64,000 nt of DNA from the human T2T-CHM13v2.0 reference genome, Homo sapiens. The notes under the pieces are model-generated. The model saw only the letters and a program-made list of their open reading frames with translations. It did no database searches and had not been told where the DNA came from. Location of the stretch: the NCBI RefSeq assembly GCF_009914755.1, contig NC_060930.1. One strand, written 5' to 3'. The position numbers and the translations under genes are program-made. Below are positions 62,781-64,000 of this stretch, one piece after another; position 1 is the stretch's first letter, and each line of letters starts with the position of its first letter.

Positions 62781-64000
62781 ACAGTGGCTTTTAGATAGGA
62801 GTCTTGCCTAATGGAAGACCATCACTCATACTCTACCAATTTTATTACTGTTTTATAAAGATCAAATAATACTCCGCAGAGAAAACATTTTTATATATTG
62901 TCTTTATAATGGTTGTAAGGGAGTCATTGATACAAGTGTATATTTTGGAAAAATGAATTAATTTAACCAAGATAAAGAGTTACATTAGGGATGCCTGTAG
63001 TGTGATCTCTCTTCTGCGTCTTTTCTCTGTTCCTGGAGCACGAAGGTGAAGGAGCCTGGTTGATGATTGCTTTCCACTCATATCCTGACAACATAAAAAT
63101 GTTTCTTCGTAACATCAAAAGATGTGCTTTTTTTTTTTAGCCCAATAGCATTTGAACTCAGAAAAATTATAGTTCCCAAGTGAAATAGACTTTGGTATAA
63201 CAGACATCTGCTTATATAACAATTTATGTAATTAGAGCTGGGTAAAAAGAATTTGTGAGCCAGTATGACAGAATTTTCTTGAAAGCTATAGAACAATCAT
63301 TTATATGGATGTTCCAACTATTTAGAGAGAGAGTCGTCAAAACATCCTTCATCAAATCTATTTGAGTGAGGTAAATAAAATAGGAGTGACAGAGTCTTGA
63401 TTCCAGAACATGTAAATTCTTCTTTGTTTGATTTTCTACAGCTTGCATTTTGATGTTGTAGTCCCAGTAGAGGTGAGAAAACTGCAAAAAGGAAACTACT
63501 TGGAAGTAGTACCTTCAGCCTCACAATCTAAGCAGTTAGTGGCTAATTATTTACCTCAGTATCTGATTTTAACTGCACTCAGCCACTCAGATATGTGGAA
63601 CAGAGCTGTCCACCAGCAAGGACACAGAGGGCTCCTGACAATCCCCCTCCTGATCTATCCCCATCAGTAGACAAAGGGAAAGGAGGAGAATCAGGTCATT
63701 TTCTTGAGAGTTCCTGTTTCTGCTACACCAAATTTGCTCATATGAACAAACACATGGCTCCTGAGACCCACAGACCTTATATTAAATATATTTATGAAGC
63801 TCCCCCACTGTGTTCCCACAGACTCAGATTCTTACCTTCTATGAATGAGCAGAGCTAACAAATTTCTCTCTGGCCTGGGAGAAAATGACCTTCAACTATA
63901 GCTGAGTCAAGTGTAGATCTGGAAATTGTCTTCAAAAATTACTTGCTCCCACAGTTTGTCTTGACCAGCTCTCTCCCTTCTAGCAAATGTCCTCAGGTTT

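Overview
Human genomic DNA (a human-specific AluYb8 is present), AT-rich, dominated by nested transposable elements, with no intact protein-coding gene. The main non-TE features are a minus-strand processed pseudogene of ZNF131 (BTB plus C2H2 zinc fingers, about 51682-56383) and a U1 snRNA retrocopy (26435-26595). The ZNF131 copy sits inside a full-length L1PA12/13-like element and is split by two related solo ERV1 LTRs that bracket its ATG and BTB domain. Target-site duplications (TSDs) reveal several unusual retrotransposition products: (i) an old L1PA apparently carrying a ~1.1 kb 3' transduction, with one TSD spanning 212-7857; (ii) a twin-primed L1PA2 missing ~3 kb at the inversion point; (iii) an Alu and an L1PA7-like fragment inside one TSD; (iv) a MaLR LTR with a diverged internal duplication; (v) a double-palindrome micro-insertion in the ZNF131 copy. 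I see no evidence of a new multi-gene system; the novelty is structural and evolutionary. Subfamily names and the ZNF131 comparison come from recalled consensus sequences, not from a search.
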